DNA of 58,974 bases from Candidatus Omnitrophota bacterium (GTDB lineage Bacteria > Omnitrophota > Gorgyraeia > Pluralincolimonadales > CAZUZR01), in contig JBDRDF010000006.1 of assembly GCA_043821025.1 (NCBI GenBank), positions 1 to 58,974 on the forward strand. Direction: 5' to 3'. Both the position numbers and the translations under genes were made by a program. The notes under the pieces were generated by a model, which was not told where the DNA came from, did no database searches, and saw nothing but the letters and a program-made list of their open reading frames with translations. Of the stretch, positions 16,696-25,956 are shown piece after piece (position 1 is the stretch's first letter; each line of letters begins with the position of its first letter).

Positions 16696-18360
16696 CTATC
16701 TTTGGCCTTCATCCATAAGGCTCTTTATCGCTGCTTTAGCTACATCATAATTAGGATTTATCTCTAACGCTTTCTTCCATAAAGCATTCGCTTTCTCAAA
16801 GTTATTTTCTTGGGCATAGATCACCCCTAAATTATAATAAATTTTCTCCGATTTCGCATTGATTTTCAAGGCATCATCAAAAATCTCCTTCGCTTTAGCA
16901 AATTCTGCACGTTTTACATATAAACAACCCAAATTATTGTAGGTATCTATTAATTTAGGATCTAATTCTATGGCTTTTTTATACTCCTTCTCTGCCTCAT
17001 CCAATAGGCCTTTGCGTGAAAGCATAGTTCCTATATTATGATGCATAATAGGTAAAAGCCAAATTTTGTCCTTATCTTTGTCGATTATCTCTATTACCTT
17101 TTCGTACTTATTTATAGCCGAGTCAAATAGGTCATTGTCGGCGTAATAATTTCCTAAACAGTAATGGGCATTATAACTAAAGGGGGAAAATTTTAAAGTC
17201 CACTTAAAGAAAGTTAAGGTATTCGTCCAATTGAAATTTTGGATTATAGCAAGGGAAGAATAAAATAAAATCCAACTAACTAAAATGACAAAAGCAAACT
17301 TTCTTCTATTCTGCCGTATATTTCCTAATAAGTTCCCTATTATAAGAAATATCCCTATACAAGGCAGATAAAGAAAATGCTCTGCTAAAATCAGAGGAAA
17401 AATAAGGTTCGATTGCGGAAGAAGCATAATAAAAAACCATAACGAACCAAACAGCACTAGCTCTCTTCTACCTCTGTATTTAGTGAAAAGATAAATAAAT
17501 ATGATAAGGATAATTAAAAAAGCTATTACGTAAGGGTCGAAAATGCTTTTCGCAACGTCCATTCTTCTTTCCATATGAAGATTTATTGGCATAATCATAA
17601 TTTTTAAGTATATGATTATGCTCTTTAAAAAAGTAAGGACTCTTGAAAAAAAATCTATTTCAAGGGAGAAAAAATTTTTTCTAAAAAAGAGGGGGCGGCC
17701 AGTAAAATTAAATATGGTGAGCCGTAGGATGATATACAAAATGTCAAAGATTAAAAATAAAGTGTAATATTTCAACTTTGCTCTGACATATCTTTTAAAG
17801 CAAAGGTCGTAAAGGATTAAAACTAGTGGGAAAATTATGGCTTGTTCCCTCGAAAGAAGGCAAAGGATAAAAAAGAGTAATGAGATGATATAGCGCTCTT
17901 TTATATAAAATAGAAAAGCTGAAAGAACGAATAGCCCAAAAAGCAAGTCGGACCTTCCCGAAATATAAGTAACTGCTTCCGTATGAAAAGGGGCACAGAT
18001 GAAGAGAAGCGAACATACTAAAGGTACAAGTAGATTTTTAGTAATATTTTCGAAGATAAAAAATATCAATAAAGCGTTCAAAATATGTATGATTATATTG
18101 GTTAAGTGGTATCCCCATGGCGCAAGCTTATATATAGAATAGTCAAATAGATAGGTTAATGCTTGAAGTGGACGATAATAGTCACTTTTAAAGAGGAGCT
18201 CAGAAGTAAAGATTTTGCCGAGATTATTAAAATTTTTTATTAAAGGATTATTTGAAATTAAATCGACATCGTCCCAAATAAAATCGCCACCGAGAGCATT
18301 GAGATAACATATTAGACCTATTACGACGATTAAAATAATTATGATTTGCCTATTTAACAA
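16696..18360 (-). CDS. Second PMT/TMTC-like GT-C glycosyltransferase with TPR repeats
   Basis: 554 aa with FIWDD and YRPLQ motifs, a polytopic N-terminus and C-terminal TPRs. It is a paralog of 11239..13053. Confidence 0.7.
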   Translation of the reverse strand: MLNRQIIIILIVVIGLICYLNALGGDFIWDDVDLISNNPLIKNFNNLGKIFTSELLFKSDYYRPLQALTYLFDYSIYKLAPWGYHLTNIIIHILNALLIFFIFENITKNLLVPLVCSLLFICAPFHTEAVTYISGRSDLLFGLFVLSAFLFYIKERYIISLLFFILCLLSREQAIIFPLVLILYDLCFKRYVRAKLKYYTLFLIFDILYIILRLTIFNFTGRPLFFRKNFFSLEIDFFSRVLTFLKSIIIYLKIMIMPINLHMERRMDVAKSIFDPYVIAFLIILIIFIYLFTKYRGRRELVLFGSLWFFIMLLPQSNLIFPLILAEHFLYLPCIGIFLIIGNLLGNIRQNRRKFAFVILVSWILFYSSLAIIQNFNWTNTLTFFKWTLKFSPFSYNAHYCLGNYYADNDLFDSAINKYEKVIEIIDKDKDKIWLLPIMHHNIGTMLSRKGLLDEAEKEYKKAIELDPKLIDTYNNLGCLYVKRAEFAKAKEIFDDALKINAKSEKIYYNLGVIYAQENNFEKANALWKKALEINPNYDVAKAAIKSLMDEGQR

Positions 18361-18401
18361 TTAATGCTCCTTAAGAATTTTTTCAGTCCATTTTCTATAA
18401 A

Positions 18402-19913
18402 TCAGATGCGTTTCAGTGTAGTTTCTTTACTTATGATATCTCTAAATAAAAGAATGGTTACAAATAAAAATATAAAAAATATAAAATTAAACTTTATTTT
18501 TGATTCCACTATTTTAAGAGAGGGCTTATAATCAAGATTTAAAAAAACATAAGCGATATCATTTTCATATATCTTCTGCCAGTGTAAATCTTCCTCATTA
18601 AGAATTTCGTCTTTCATAGGAAGTTTTACCCAAATTATTATTTTTGCATATCGATGATAAGGAAGTTTGTTTTCTAGTTTAACTTCTCCAAATAGAGAAT
18701 TGGATGCTGGTCGTTGAGCAAGCGCAGAGAAAATTTGAGAAACAATGTTGACATTAGAGAAAATTATATCCGAAGAATGGGTATTGCTTTTAATAACTTC
18801 CAAAATAGGGTCATAAAATTTGGATATAAAAAGTGGTTTATATTTGTAAAACCCATAAATCTTTCCACTAAGAAAATTATAATATGTAGAGTTGGCTAAA
18901 TTAAACTTCGGACGTCCCTCGGCTAAGTTGAAAGTAGCATGAGAAAAAAATAAAAAGAGAAAAATAATTGCAATAAAAAACTTTGCTTTCTTCTGACCAA
19001 GTACAGAAAAAATTCTTTCAAAAAACAAGGAGGAAAAAAATACAAGCCCGATTATTCCCTGCGCAGCAAAAAATCTATAAGGATACTTTACAAATACCAC
19101 AATACTACCTATAAGATATCCCCAAAAAAGAAGAAAGGGAAAATCTTTTCTTCTAAAATGCAACAATAAAGAGAACAACCCAAAAACAATAATAAAAATG
19201 CTAAAGTTAATAAATTTAGCCTCTCCTAAAACTTCTAAAGCAAGATAGCTTAAGTATCTTATCTGATGATAAAGAATGGGAAAAGCAAGAAACGTACTTA
19301 TAAAGATAATTTTTAAACAAGGTTTTCTATACTCCCTGTTGAACAATGCCAAAAACAAAAATGAGATAATAAATATCCAAGGCACACCCGAATGTGCATA
19401 AAAAGATAGCATTAAAAGCAGAGTAGAACTTATAAATTTCTTCTTTTTTATAAAAAACCAGCTTAACAAACCAAAAATTATGGATATGCTTGCGGGAATG
19501 TTCTCTGACACAGATGAATAAAAAGGGAAAAAACTACTTAAGGTGATAAAATTAATGAACGAAAACCTTTCATTGATAAATTCCCTCGTAACATACCAAA
19601 CAGAAAAGAAAAACAAAGGAGTAATTAAAACCTCCGTAAGCCTTAATGAATTCAGCCCGCTTATTCCTATCTTCTGCAAGAACACTAAGATAAAATGATA
19701 TAGCGGAGGATACAAATGAGGTCTGCCAAAAGGAGCAAAGCCCCACCAGTCCCATCCTACCCACCCTCCAGATTGAATAAAACCATTAGCTACTGATAAA
19801 TGATAATAACCATCCACGAAGTGGGGATAACAATTAAATCTTGCTACCGAAACAATAAAAACAAAAATTATTAAACCTAAACTGGCTAAATCAAAATGGT
19901 TATATCTTCTCAT
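18402..19913 (-). CDS. Polytopic membrane protein, GT-C-like (putative glycosyltransferase)
   Basis: 503 aa with at least 12 TM helices. An acidic/aromatic first-loop motif, FVDGYYH, is reminiscent of STT3/ArnT-type enzymes. Function is inferred from context only. Confidence 0.4.
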   Translation of the reverse strand: MRRYNHFDLASLGLIIFVFIVSVARFNCYPHFVDGYYHLSVANGFIQSGGWVGWDWWGFAPFGRPHLYPPLYHFILVFLQKIGISGLNSLRLTEVLITPLFFFSVWYVTREFINERFSFINFITLSSFFPFYSSVSENIPASISIIFGLLSWFFIKKKKFISSTLLLMLSFYAHSGVPWIFIISFLFLALFNREYRKPCLKIIFISTFLAFPILYHQIRYLSYLALEVLGEAKFINFSIFIIVFGLFSLLLHFRRKDFPFLLFWGYLIGSIVVFVKYPYRFFAAQGIIGLVFFSSLFFERIFSVLGQKKAKFFIAIIFLFLFFSHATFNLAEGRPKFNLANSTYYNFLSGKIYGFYKYKPLFISKFYDPILEVIKSNTHSSDIIFSNVNIVSQIFSALAQRPASNSLFGEVKLENKLPYHRYAKIIIWVKLPMKDEILNEEDLHWQKIYENDIAYVFLNLDYKPSLKIVESKIKFNFIFFIFLFVTILLFRDIISKETTLKRI

Positions 19914-19940
19914 GCTTTTTTACTCTAATATTATCAATAG

Positions 19941-19968
19941 GTTATAACAGAAGCGTCCCTGATGTCAA
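19941..19968 (-). promoter_or_regulatory. Putative sigma70-type promoter for the glycosylation gene block
   Basis: TTGACA (19968..19963), 16 nt, TATAAC (19946..19941). Confidence 0.4.
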
Positions 19969-20023
19969 GGAGTAAAATTAGAACATCCATCTTCGCTAAA
20001 GTTGGGACAATTTTAATGCAATA

Positions 20024-20070
20024 TATAAAAAGAAAGAGGCGATAACAATTTTAATTTTGCTATCGCCTCT
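20024..20070 (-). terminator. Rho-independent terminator after pilin paralog 2
   Basis: Stem agaggcgata / tatcgcctct (20035..20070), followed on the minus strand by UUUCUUUUUAUAU. Confidence 0.7.
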
Positions 20071-20102
20071 TCTTCAAATTGGGTCTTTACGCCGTACGTC
20101 GC

Positions 20103-20531
20103 TTACGAGATAGGCGAACCCGACGAATTGTTCAACTTGATTACGCCATCCTCACTCACGAAGAAGACCCTCGTACCAGTAAAGCCGGTGGTCTCAGGAG
20201 TAGCAGTGACGCTGAAGGTATTCGCGGTACCAGCGGGTGCGGTAAAAGTATAACCTTGTTTTGTTCCGGTACCTAATGTAGCATCAATATACGGAGGTGT
20301 TGCACCACTTAAGGCTGCTAAGGTGGTGGGATAAGCTATTGGTGTCTGGGCAGCACGATAACTCTCGCACGCAATGCTTATTGTGCGTAATGCTCCTATC
20401 GCAGATACCTCATTAGCATTATGTCTGGCACGCAGTAAGTTGGGTATCGCTATTGTGGCTAATAAAGCTATGATTGCAACTACTATCATAAGCTCAACGA
20501 GCGTAAAACCCTTCCTTCCGCAGAACCTCAT
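20103..20531 (-). CDS. pilA: Type IV pilin, paralog 2
   Basis: MRFCGRKG/FTLVELMIVVAIIALLA, 142 aa, ending ...SSGSPIS. Confidence 0.9.
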   Translation of the reverse strand: MRFCGRKGFTLVELMIVVAIIALLATIAIPNLLRARHNANEVSAIGALRTISIACESYRAAQTPIAYPTTLAALSGATPPYIDATLGTGTKQGYTFTAPAGTANTFSVTATPETTGFTGTRVFFVSEDGVIKLNNSSGSPIS

Positions 20532-20629
20532 CTTATTTCTCCCTTTCTTCCTTCCCTAATTGGGTTTTTAAAGAGCATTGGCTTAAGGCAATAAACCTAT
20601 AATTTCACGCCTTCGGCCTTCTAATAAAA

Positions 20630-20657
20630 AGTATAGCATAAAACCTATCTTTGTTAA
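20630..20657 (-). promoter_or_regulatory. Putative sigma70-type promoter of pilin paralog 2
   Basis: TTAACA (20657..20652), 16 nt with TGc, TATACT (20635..20630). Confidence 0.5.
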
Positions 20658-20667
20658 AGAATTATTA

Positions 20668-20714
20668 TATAAAAAGAAAGAGGCGATAACAATTTTAATT
20701 TTGCTATCGCCTCT
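20668..20714 (-). terminator. Rho-independent terminator after pilin paralog 1
   Basis: The hairpin (20679..20714) is identical to the one at 20035 and is followed by a U-rich tract. Confidence 0.7.
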
Positions 20715-20746
20715 TCTTCAAATTGGGTCTTTACGCCATACGTCGC

Positions 20747-21169
20747 TTACGAGATAGGCGAACCCGCCGAATTTGTCAACTTGATTACGCCATCCTCACT
20801 CACGTAGAAGATCCTCGTACCAGTAACGCCAGTGGACTCAGGAGTAGCAGTGACGCTGAAGATATTCGCGGTACCAGCGGGTGCGGTAAAAATATAACCT
20901 TGTTTTGTTCCGGTACCTAATGTAGCATCAATATACGGAGGTGTTGAGCCACTTAAGGCTCCTAAGGTGGTGGGATAAGCCGCATTTACGGCACGATAAC
21001 TAATGCATGCACTGGCTAATGTGCGTAAAGCTCCTATCGCAGCTGTCTCATTAGCATTATGTCTGGCACGCAGTAAGTTAGGTATCGCTATTGCGGCTAA
21101 TAAAGCTATGATTGCAACTACTATCATAATCTCAACGAGCGTAAAACCCTTCTTTCCGCAGAACCTCAT
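20747..21169 (-). CDS. pilA: Type IV pilin, paralog 1
   Basis: MRFCGKKG/FTLVEIMIVVAIIALLA, 140 aa, ending ...SAGSPIS. Confidence 0.9.
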   Translation of the reverse strand: MRFCGKKGFTLVEIMIVVAIIALLAAIAIPNLLRARHNANETAAIGALRTLASACISYRAVNAAYPTTLGALSGSTPPYIDATLGTGTKQGYIFTAPAGTANIFSVTATPESTGVTGTRIFYVSEDGVIKLTNSAGSPIS

Positions 21170-21265
21170 CTTATTTCTCCCCTCCTTCCTTCCCTAATTG
21201 GGTTTTTAAAGAGCGAAGCTCTGGCGATAAACCTATAATTTCACGCCTTCGGCCTTCTGATAAAA

Positions 21266-21293
21266 AGTATAGCATAAAATTTATTTTTGTCAA
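21266..21293 (-). promoter_or_regulatory. Sigma70-type promoter of pilin paralog 1 (extended -10)
   Basis: TTGACA (21293..21288), 16 nt ending in TGc, TATACT (21271..21266). The leader to the ATG is about 95 nt. Confidence 0.6.
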
Positions 21294-21304
21294 GAAAATT
21301 AACC

Positions 21305-22513
21305 TCATCCCGTTACTACCTGCAGTAATTTTACTATCGGTAGGAACATAGAAATAACGATGCCGCCGACGACGATGCCCAAAAAGGCTATTATCAGAGG
21401 CTCTATTAAACTTGTCAGCCCTGAGACAGCCGCATCGACTTCGCTCTCATAATACTCTGCTATTTTACCCAACATCTCCTCTAATTTCCCCGTTTGCTCC
21501 CCAACCGAAATCATCCTCGTAACCATCGGCGGGAAGACGTTGCTAGCCGCTAAAGGCTGTGCGATTGACTCACCTTCTCTTATACTCGACCTGGTTTTAA
21601 TCACAGCTGCCTCAATTATTTTATTACCAGACGTTTTACCGACTATCTCTAACGCGGTTAATATAGAAACGCCGCTTCTCTGTAAAGTAGAAAGGGTTCG
21701 AGCGAATCTTGCGATAGCCACTTTCTTTAATAAAGGACCTAAGACCGGCAACTTCAATGTTAATGTATCAAATATCAGCTTCCCCTTATCCGTGCGGGTA
21801 AATCGTGCCAGGGCAATTATAAAAATTACAAACGACGTTGTAACCATTGGAAACCACTTTCTTGTAAAATCTGAAAGACTTATTAAAATCCGAGTCGCCA
21901 ACGGTAATTCAACCCCAATTGTTACAAACATGCTCTTAAATGTGGGCACGACTTTCACAATCAAAAATGTGGTTATCGCAATTGCCATAAATACAACTAC
22001 CGCTGGATAAATTAAGCTCGAGCGCACTTTTCTGATTAAGGCGAGCGTCTTCTCAAGATACGACGCAACTCTCTCTAATATCTCATCCAATTGACCGCTT
22101 GATTCTCCGGCCTTGACCATATTCATAAAAAATGGAGAAAAGACATTGGGCTGACGGGCTACGGCTTCCGAGAGGCTCAACCCCCCTTCCACATCATCAC
22201 GAATTTTTCTAATTACATTTTTGAAAGACCTCTTTTCCACCTGGTCCTGCAAGGCATCGAGGGCGCCAACCAAGGGGATTCCTGCATCCACTAATGTAGC
22301 GAGCATCCTTGAAAATATCGCTAGGTCATCTAATGTTACACTCTCCCTTATAATAGCTAATCCTTTAGCTTTCGCCTTTTGCTCTTCAATGGACACTATT
22401 ATCAGCTCGCGTTTGCGAAGGCTCTCAATCAAAGCCAAGCTGCTTACGGCTTCTAAGGAACCAGTAACAGTTTTACCCTCTCTATCTTTTGCTACGTATC
22501 TAAATATCGCCAA
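21305..22513 (-). CDS. pilC: Type IV pilus platform protein PilC (GspF family)
   Basis: 402 aa with two T2SSF-type repeats and three TM segments. It lies downstream of pilB. Confidence 0.9.
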   Translation of the reverse strand: MAIFRYVAKDREGKTVTGSLEAVSSLALIESLRKRELIIVSIEEQKAKAKGLAIIRESVTLDDLAIFSRMLATLVDAGIPLVGALDALQDQVEKRSFKNVIRKIRDDVEGGLSLSEAVARQPNVFSPFFMNMVKAGESSGQLDEILERVASYLEKTLALIRKVRSSLIYPAVVVFMAIAITTFLIVKVVPTFKSMFVTIGVELPLATRILISLSDFTRKWFPMVTTSFVIFIIALARFTRTDKGKLIFDTLTLKLPVLGPLLKKVAIARFARTLSTLQRSGVSILTALEIVGKTSGNKIIEAAVIKTRSSIREGESIAQPLAASNVFPPMVTRMISVGEQTGKLEEMLGKIAEYYESEVDAAVSGLTSLIEPLIIAFLGIVVGGIVISMFLPIVKLLQVVTG

Positions 22514-22519
22514 CTCTCT

Positions 22520-24229
22520 TTACTCCGCTGCGGTTACCCTCAAAACCTCTTCCACCGTGGTATTGCCCACCGCCAAATTCTCAAACGCAGCCTCGCGCAA
22601 TGTCATCATAGATTTCTTTGTTACCGCATACTCCTTTATCTTATCGCTATGAACGCGTTCGAGTATCATTTCCTTTATCGCTTCGTCTATAGTTAAAGCC
22701 TCCAAAATCCCAAATCTGCCATAGTAACCAGTGTTATTACATTTGCTACATCCCTTTCCTTTATAAAAGGTAACTTTCTCCTTTCTTTTGAAACCGATCT
22801 TCTCTAATACCGCTTTAGAAATCTCAACAGGCTCTTTGCAGTTATTGCAAATCTTGCGCATCAATCTCTGCGCACAGGCGAAGATTAAACTTGATGCTAC
22901 CAAAAACGGCTCCACTCCCATATCGATCAATCTGGTTATGGCGCTCGGTGCATCGTTTGTATGGAGTGTGGACAAAAGTATTTGTCCCGTCAGTGCGGCT
23001 TTTATCGCAATGTCTGCTGTCTCAAAATCTCTGATTTCTCCGACCATAACTATATCGGGCGCTTGGCGCAAAAATGCCCGCAAACCGCTCGCAAACGTTA
23101 GGCCGATCTCGGGTTTCACTTGAACCTGCGTTATTCCCAAAAGTTGATACTCAATCGGATCTTCGATTGTGACGATATTTTTCTCAGGGACATTCAGCAT
23201 GTTTAAAATCGAATACAAAGTTGTCGATTTTCCACTTCCCGTTGGACCGGTTACGAGGAACATCCCATAGGGCTTGGCTATAGATTCTCTTAGTTCTTCT
23301 AGCGGTTGAGGCAAAAATCCTAATTTTTCCAGTCCTATCGTTATGCTCGACTTATCCAAAACCCTTAAAACCACTTTCCCTCCATAAACAATGGGAAGAA
23401 CCGAAACCCTGAAATCTATTTCTCTGTCTTCCATCTTAACTTTAAATCTGCCATCTTGTGGAATGCGCCATTCCGTGATATCAAGATCGGACATTATCTT
23501 AAGCCTCGTCAAGAGTGCATTCTGATTCGCTTTTGGCAAATGTAAAAAGTCGCGCAACGTTCCATCTATGCGATATCGTATCCTTAAATCTTTTTCGGCG
23601 GGCTCAACATGGATATCGGAGGCTCTCCTTTTTAGGGCTTCGCTTATCATTAAATCAACCATCTTTAATATCGGTGCTTTCTGGCTTTCGATTGCCAAAG
23701 TAGACACGTCAAACCTCTCCTCTGCTTCGCCCGATAACAACTCATATTCTTCCGCCTTCGTATCCTCCATTATCTGTTTTATCAAAACTTCCTCTGCCCC
23801 ATAATAGTTAGAAATTGCTTCTGTTATATCCTTATCGGTCACTATAACAGGGTCTATTTCATATTTTGTCAAAATTTTTAAATCATCTAGCGCGAATATA
23901 TCCAAAGGGTCGGACATAGCCACGGTCATTCTATTGCCGATCCTAGATACTGGTATAACGTGATAGAGTCGGGCTACCTTTTCTGGAACTAATGAGATGA
24001 GCTCCTTGTCTATTTTGTACTTTGAGAGGATTATCGGAGGTATGTTCAATTCCTGGCTAAAGATCGTTAGTAAATCCTTCTCTTCAATTAATCCTTGAGA
24101 AGCCAATATCTTGCTTAAGTTTCCGCCCTTCTTCTTCTGAATTTTTAATGCCTCGTCGAGCTTCTCCTTTGTAATCCAACCCTTATCGATTAAAACCTCT
24201 GTGATCCTATCCCTAAAAGTCTTGGGCAT
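22520..24229 (-). CDS. pilB: Type IV pilus assembly ATPase PilB (GspE family), paralog 2
   Basis: N-terminal T2SSE_N/MshEN-like domain. Walker A GPTGSGKST, Walker B VMVGEIRD, His box STLHTND, and tetracysteine CNNC...CSKC. Confidence 0.9.
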   Translation of the reverse strand: MPKTFRDRITEVLIDKGWITKEKLDEALKIQKKKGGNLSKILASQGLIEEKDLLTIFSQELNIPPIILSKYKIDKELISLVPEKVARLYHVIPVSRIGNRMTVAMSDPLDIFALDDLKILTKYEIDPVIVTDKDITEAISNYYGAEEVLIKQIMEDTKAEEYELLSGEAEERFDVSTLAIESQKAPILKMVDLMISEALKRRASDIHVEPAEKDLRIRYRIDGTLRDFLHLPKANQNALLTRLKIMSDLDITEWRIPQDGRFKVKMEDREIDFRVSVLPIVYGGKVVLRVLDKSSITIGLEKLGFLPQPLEELRESIAKPYGMFLVTGPTGSGKSTTLYSILNMLNVPEKNIVTIEDPIEYQLLGITQVQVKPEIGLTFASGLRAFLRQAPDIVMVGEIRDFETADIAIKAALTGQILLSTLHTNDAPSAITRLIDMGVEPFLVASSLIFACAQRLMRKICNNCKEPVEISKAVLEKIGFKRKEKVTFYKGKGCSKCNNTGYYGRFGILEALTIDEAIKEMILERVHSDKIKEYAVTKKSMMTLREAAFENLAVGNTTVEEVLRVTAAE

Positions 24230-24230
24230 C

Positions 24231-25937
24231 TTAATCTTGCTCTCCTATTGTAACGCGTAGAATCTCCTCTAAAGTTGTTGTGCCATCAAGGGCCTTCCTC
24301 AATCCACATTCCCTCAGGGTCATAAATCCCGCTCTGCGGGCCGCTTCGAAGATCTGACTCTCGTGCGCGCCCCTTGCTATCAATTCCTTCAACTGTGTGT
24401 TTAAAGTCAGGGCCTCTATCAAGCCCACCCTACCTCTAAAACCTGTGTTATAACAATTGTCGCAGCCTTTCCCTCGATAGAATTTTGCCTGGCCCGACGG
24501 AACTTTTAATCTCAATTTCTCTAAAAGGGCACTGGGAATTTCGTATGGCTCTTTGCAATGTTGGCATATCTTCCTAATCAATCTTTCTGCCGCAACCAAA
24601 ATTACCGAAGAACTAATAAGAAATGGTTCGATCCCTATATTCATTAATCTAACGATGGCGCTTGTTGCTGTATTTGTATGAACTGTGCTTAAAACTAAAT
24701 GGCCTGTTAATGCTGCCTTTATCGCGATATCGGCTGTTTCGAGATCTCTGATTTCTCCAACCATGATGACATTTGGATCCTGCCTTAAGATAGAACGAAG
24801 CACAGATGCAAAACTAAGTTTTGCATCCGGATTAACATTAACTTGATTTATCCCCGGTAAAAGATACTCCACAGGATCTTCAACGGTAACAAAATTTTTC
24901 TCGGGCGTATCGATAAATTTCAATATGGAATATAAAGTGGTCGTCTTCCCCGAACCTGCAGGCCCGCACGCCAAAATCATCCCATGAGGACGCTTGGCTG
25001 CTTTCTTAAGTTCCTCAAGGGGCTCTGGCTCAAAACCTAATTTATCTATGTCCAGCATTACCTGCGACTTATCCAAAATTCTGAGCGCAACTTTTTCGCC
25101 CAACGAAGAAGGCACGGTTGAAATCCTGAAATCCACCTCTCTATTTTGAATTTTAATTTTAAATCTTCCGTCTTGAGGCAAACGTCTTTCGGCGATATCC
25201 AGATTAGACATGACCTTTATCCTCGAAACTATTCCGGTATGCATAGCTTTTGGCAAAGACTCTATTTGATGAAATATGCCGTCTATCTTATACCTTACTC
25301 GAACTTCGTTCTCCATCGGTTCAATCAATATATCGCTCGCCCTCGCCTTCGTAGCGTCTAAGACAATCGCATCTGTAATCTTAACGATCGGCGTCTCCCT
25401 AACAAGCTGCCTTAGACCAGCGATGTCAACTTCTTCCTCCTTTCCTATCCCGTGTTCAATTTTCGTCTCTTCGGCCAATTTTTCAATCGCCGCCAACACG
25501 GCGCTACCATAGTATTTCTCTATCGCAACCCGAACATCCTCCTGGCTCGTTATTATCGGAGCGACTTCTAAGCCCGTAATCTTTTTTATATCATCCATGG
25601 CGAAGACGTTTAACGGGTCCGCCATGGCCACAGATAATATATTCCCGATTTTAGAGATAGGCATAATTTGATAATGTACAGCAATTTTGCTTGGAATTAT
25701 CTTTGTAATCTCTGGGTCAATCTTATATTTGGAAAGCGAGATGGGTGGGATTCCTAACTTCTGGCTTAAGATCGCCATCAATTCATTTTGACCGATAAAG
25801 CCAAGCGTAACTAAAATATTCCCTAACGAGCCGCCCTGCTCTTTCTGAACCTTAAGCGCCTCATTTAATTTTTCCTCTGTAAGAATTCCTTTTTTTATTA
25901 ATATTTCGCTTAACTGTTCCTTAAGCCCCGCGGGCAT
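24231..25937 (-). CDS. pilB: Type IV pilus assembly ATPase PilB (GspE family), paralog 1
   Basis: Same architecture as paralog 2, with GPAGSGKTT, IMVGEIRD, STVHTN and CQHC...CDNC. Confidence 0.9.
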   Translation of the reverse strand: MPAGLKEQLSEILIKKGILTEEKLNEALKVQKEQGGSLGNILVTLGFIGQNELMAILSQKLGIPPISLSKYKIDPEITKIIPSKIAVHYQIMPISKIGNILSVAMADPLNVFAMDDIKKITGLEVAPIITSQEDVRVAIEKYYGSAVLAAIEKLAEETKIEHGIGKEEEVDIAGLRQLVRETPIVKITDAIVLDATKARASDILIEPMENEVRVRYKIDGIFHQIESLPKAMHTGIVSRIKVMSNLDIAERRLPQDGRFKIKIQNREVDFRISTVPSSLGEKVALRILDKSQVMLDIDKLGFEPEPLEELKKAAKRPHGMILACGPAGSGKTTTLYSILKFIDTPEKNFVTVEDPVEYLLPGINQVNVNPDAKLSFASVLRSILRQDPNVIMVGEIRDLETADIAIKAALTGHLVLSTVHTNTATSAIVRLMNIGIEPFLISSSVILVAAERLIRKICQHCKEPYEIPSALLEKLRLKVPSGQAKFYRGKGCDNCYNTGFRGRVGLIEALTLNTQLKELIARGAHESQIFEAARRAGFMTLRECGLRKALDGTTTLEEILRVTIGEQD

Positions 25938-25956
25938 TTTGCTTTTTTAAAGTCTC

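Larger units (their letters stand above)
20024..21300 (-). repeat. Tandem duplication of a complete pilin unit (promoter, leader, CDS, terminator), period about 644 bp
   Basis: Stop codons (20103 and 20747) and terminator hairpins (20035 and 20679) are both offset by 644 nt. The units are highly similar at nucleotide level except for a central segment. Confidence 0.85.

Noticed and set aside
17795-18016. Same-strand short ORFs nested in other frames of long genes (810..1028, 17795..18016, 19570..19764, 39545..39796, 55474..55677, 55708..55956).
   Set aside because: They are fully contained in strongly supported genes (lipoprotein, GT-C genes, lgt, mraY). They have no independent start signals and no recognisable similarity.
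20532-20746. A sigma54 (GG-N10-GC) promoter upstream of the pilin genes, as in many proteobacterial pilA loci.
   Set aside because: No TGGCAC-N5-TTGC-like element appears in any of the three pilin upstream regions. Well-spaced sigma70-type hexamers (TTGACA/TTAACA-16-TATACT) are conserved instead.
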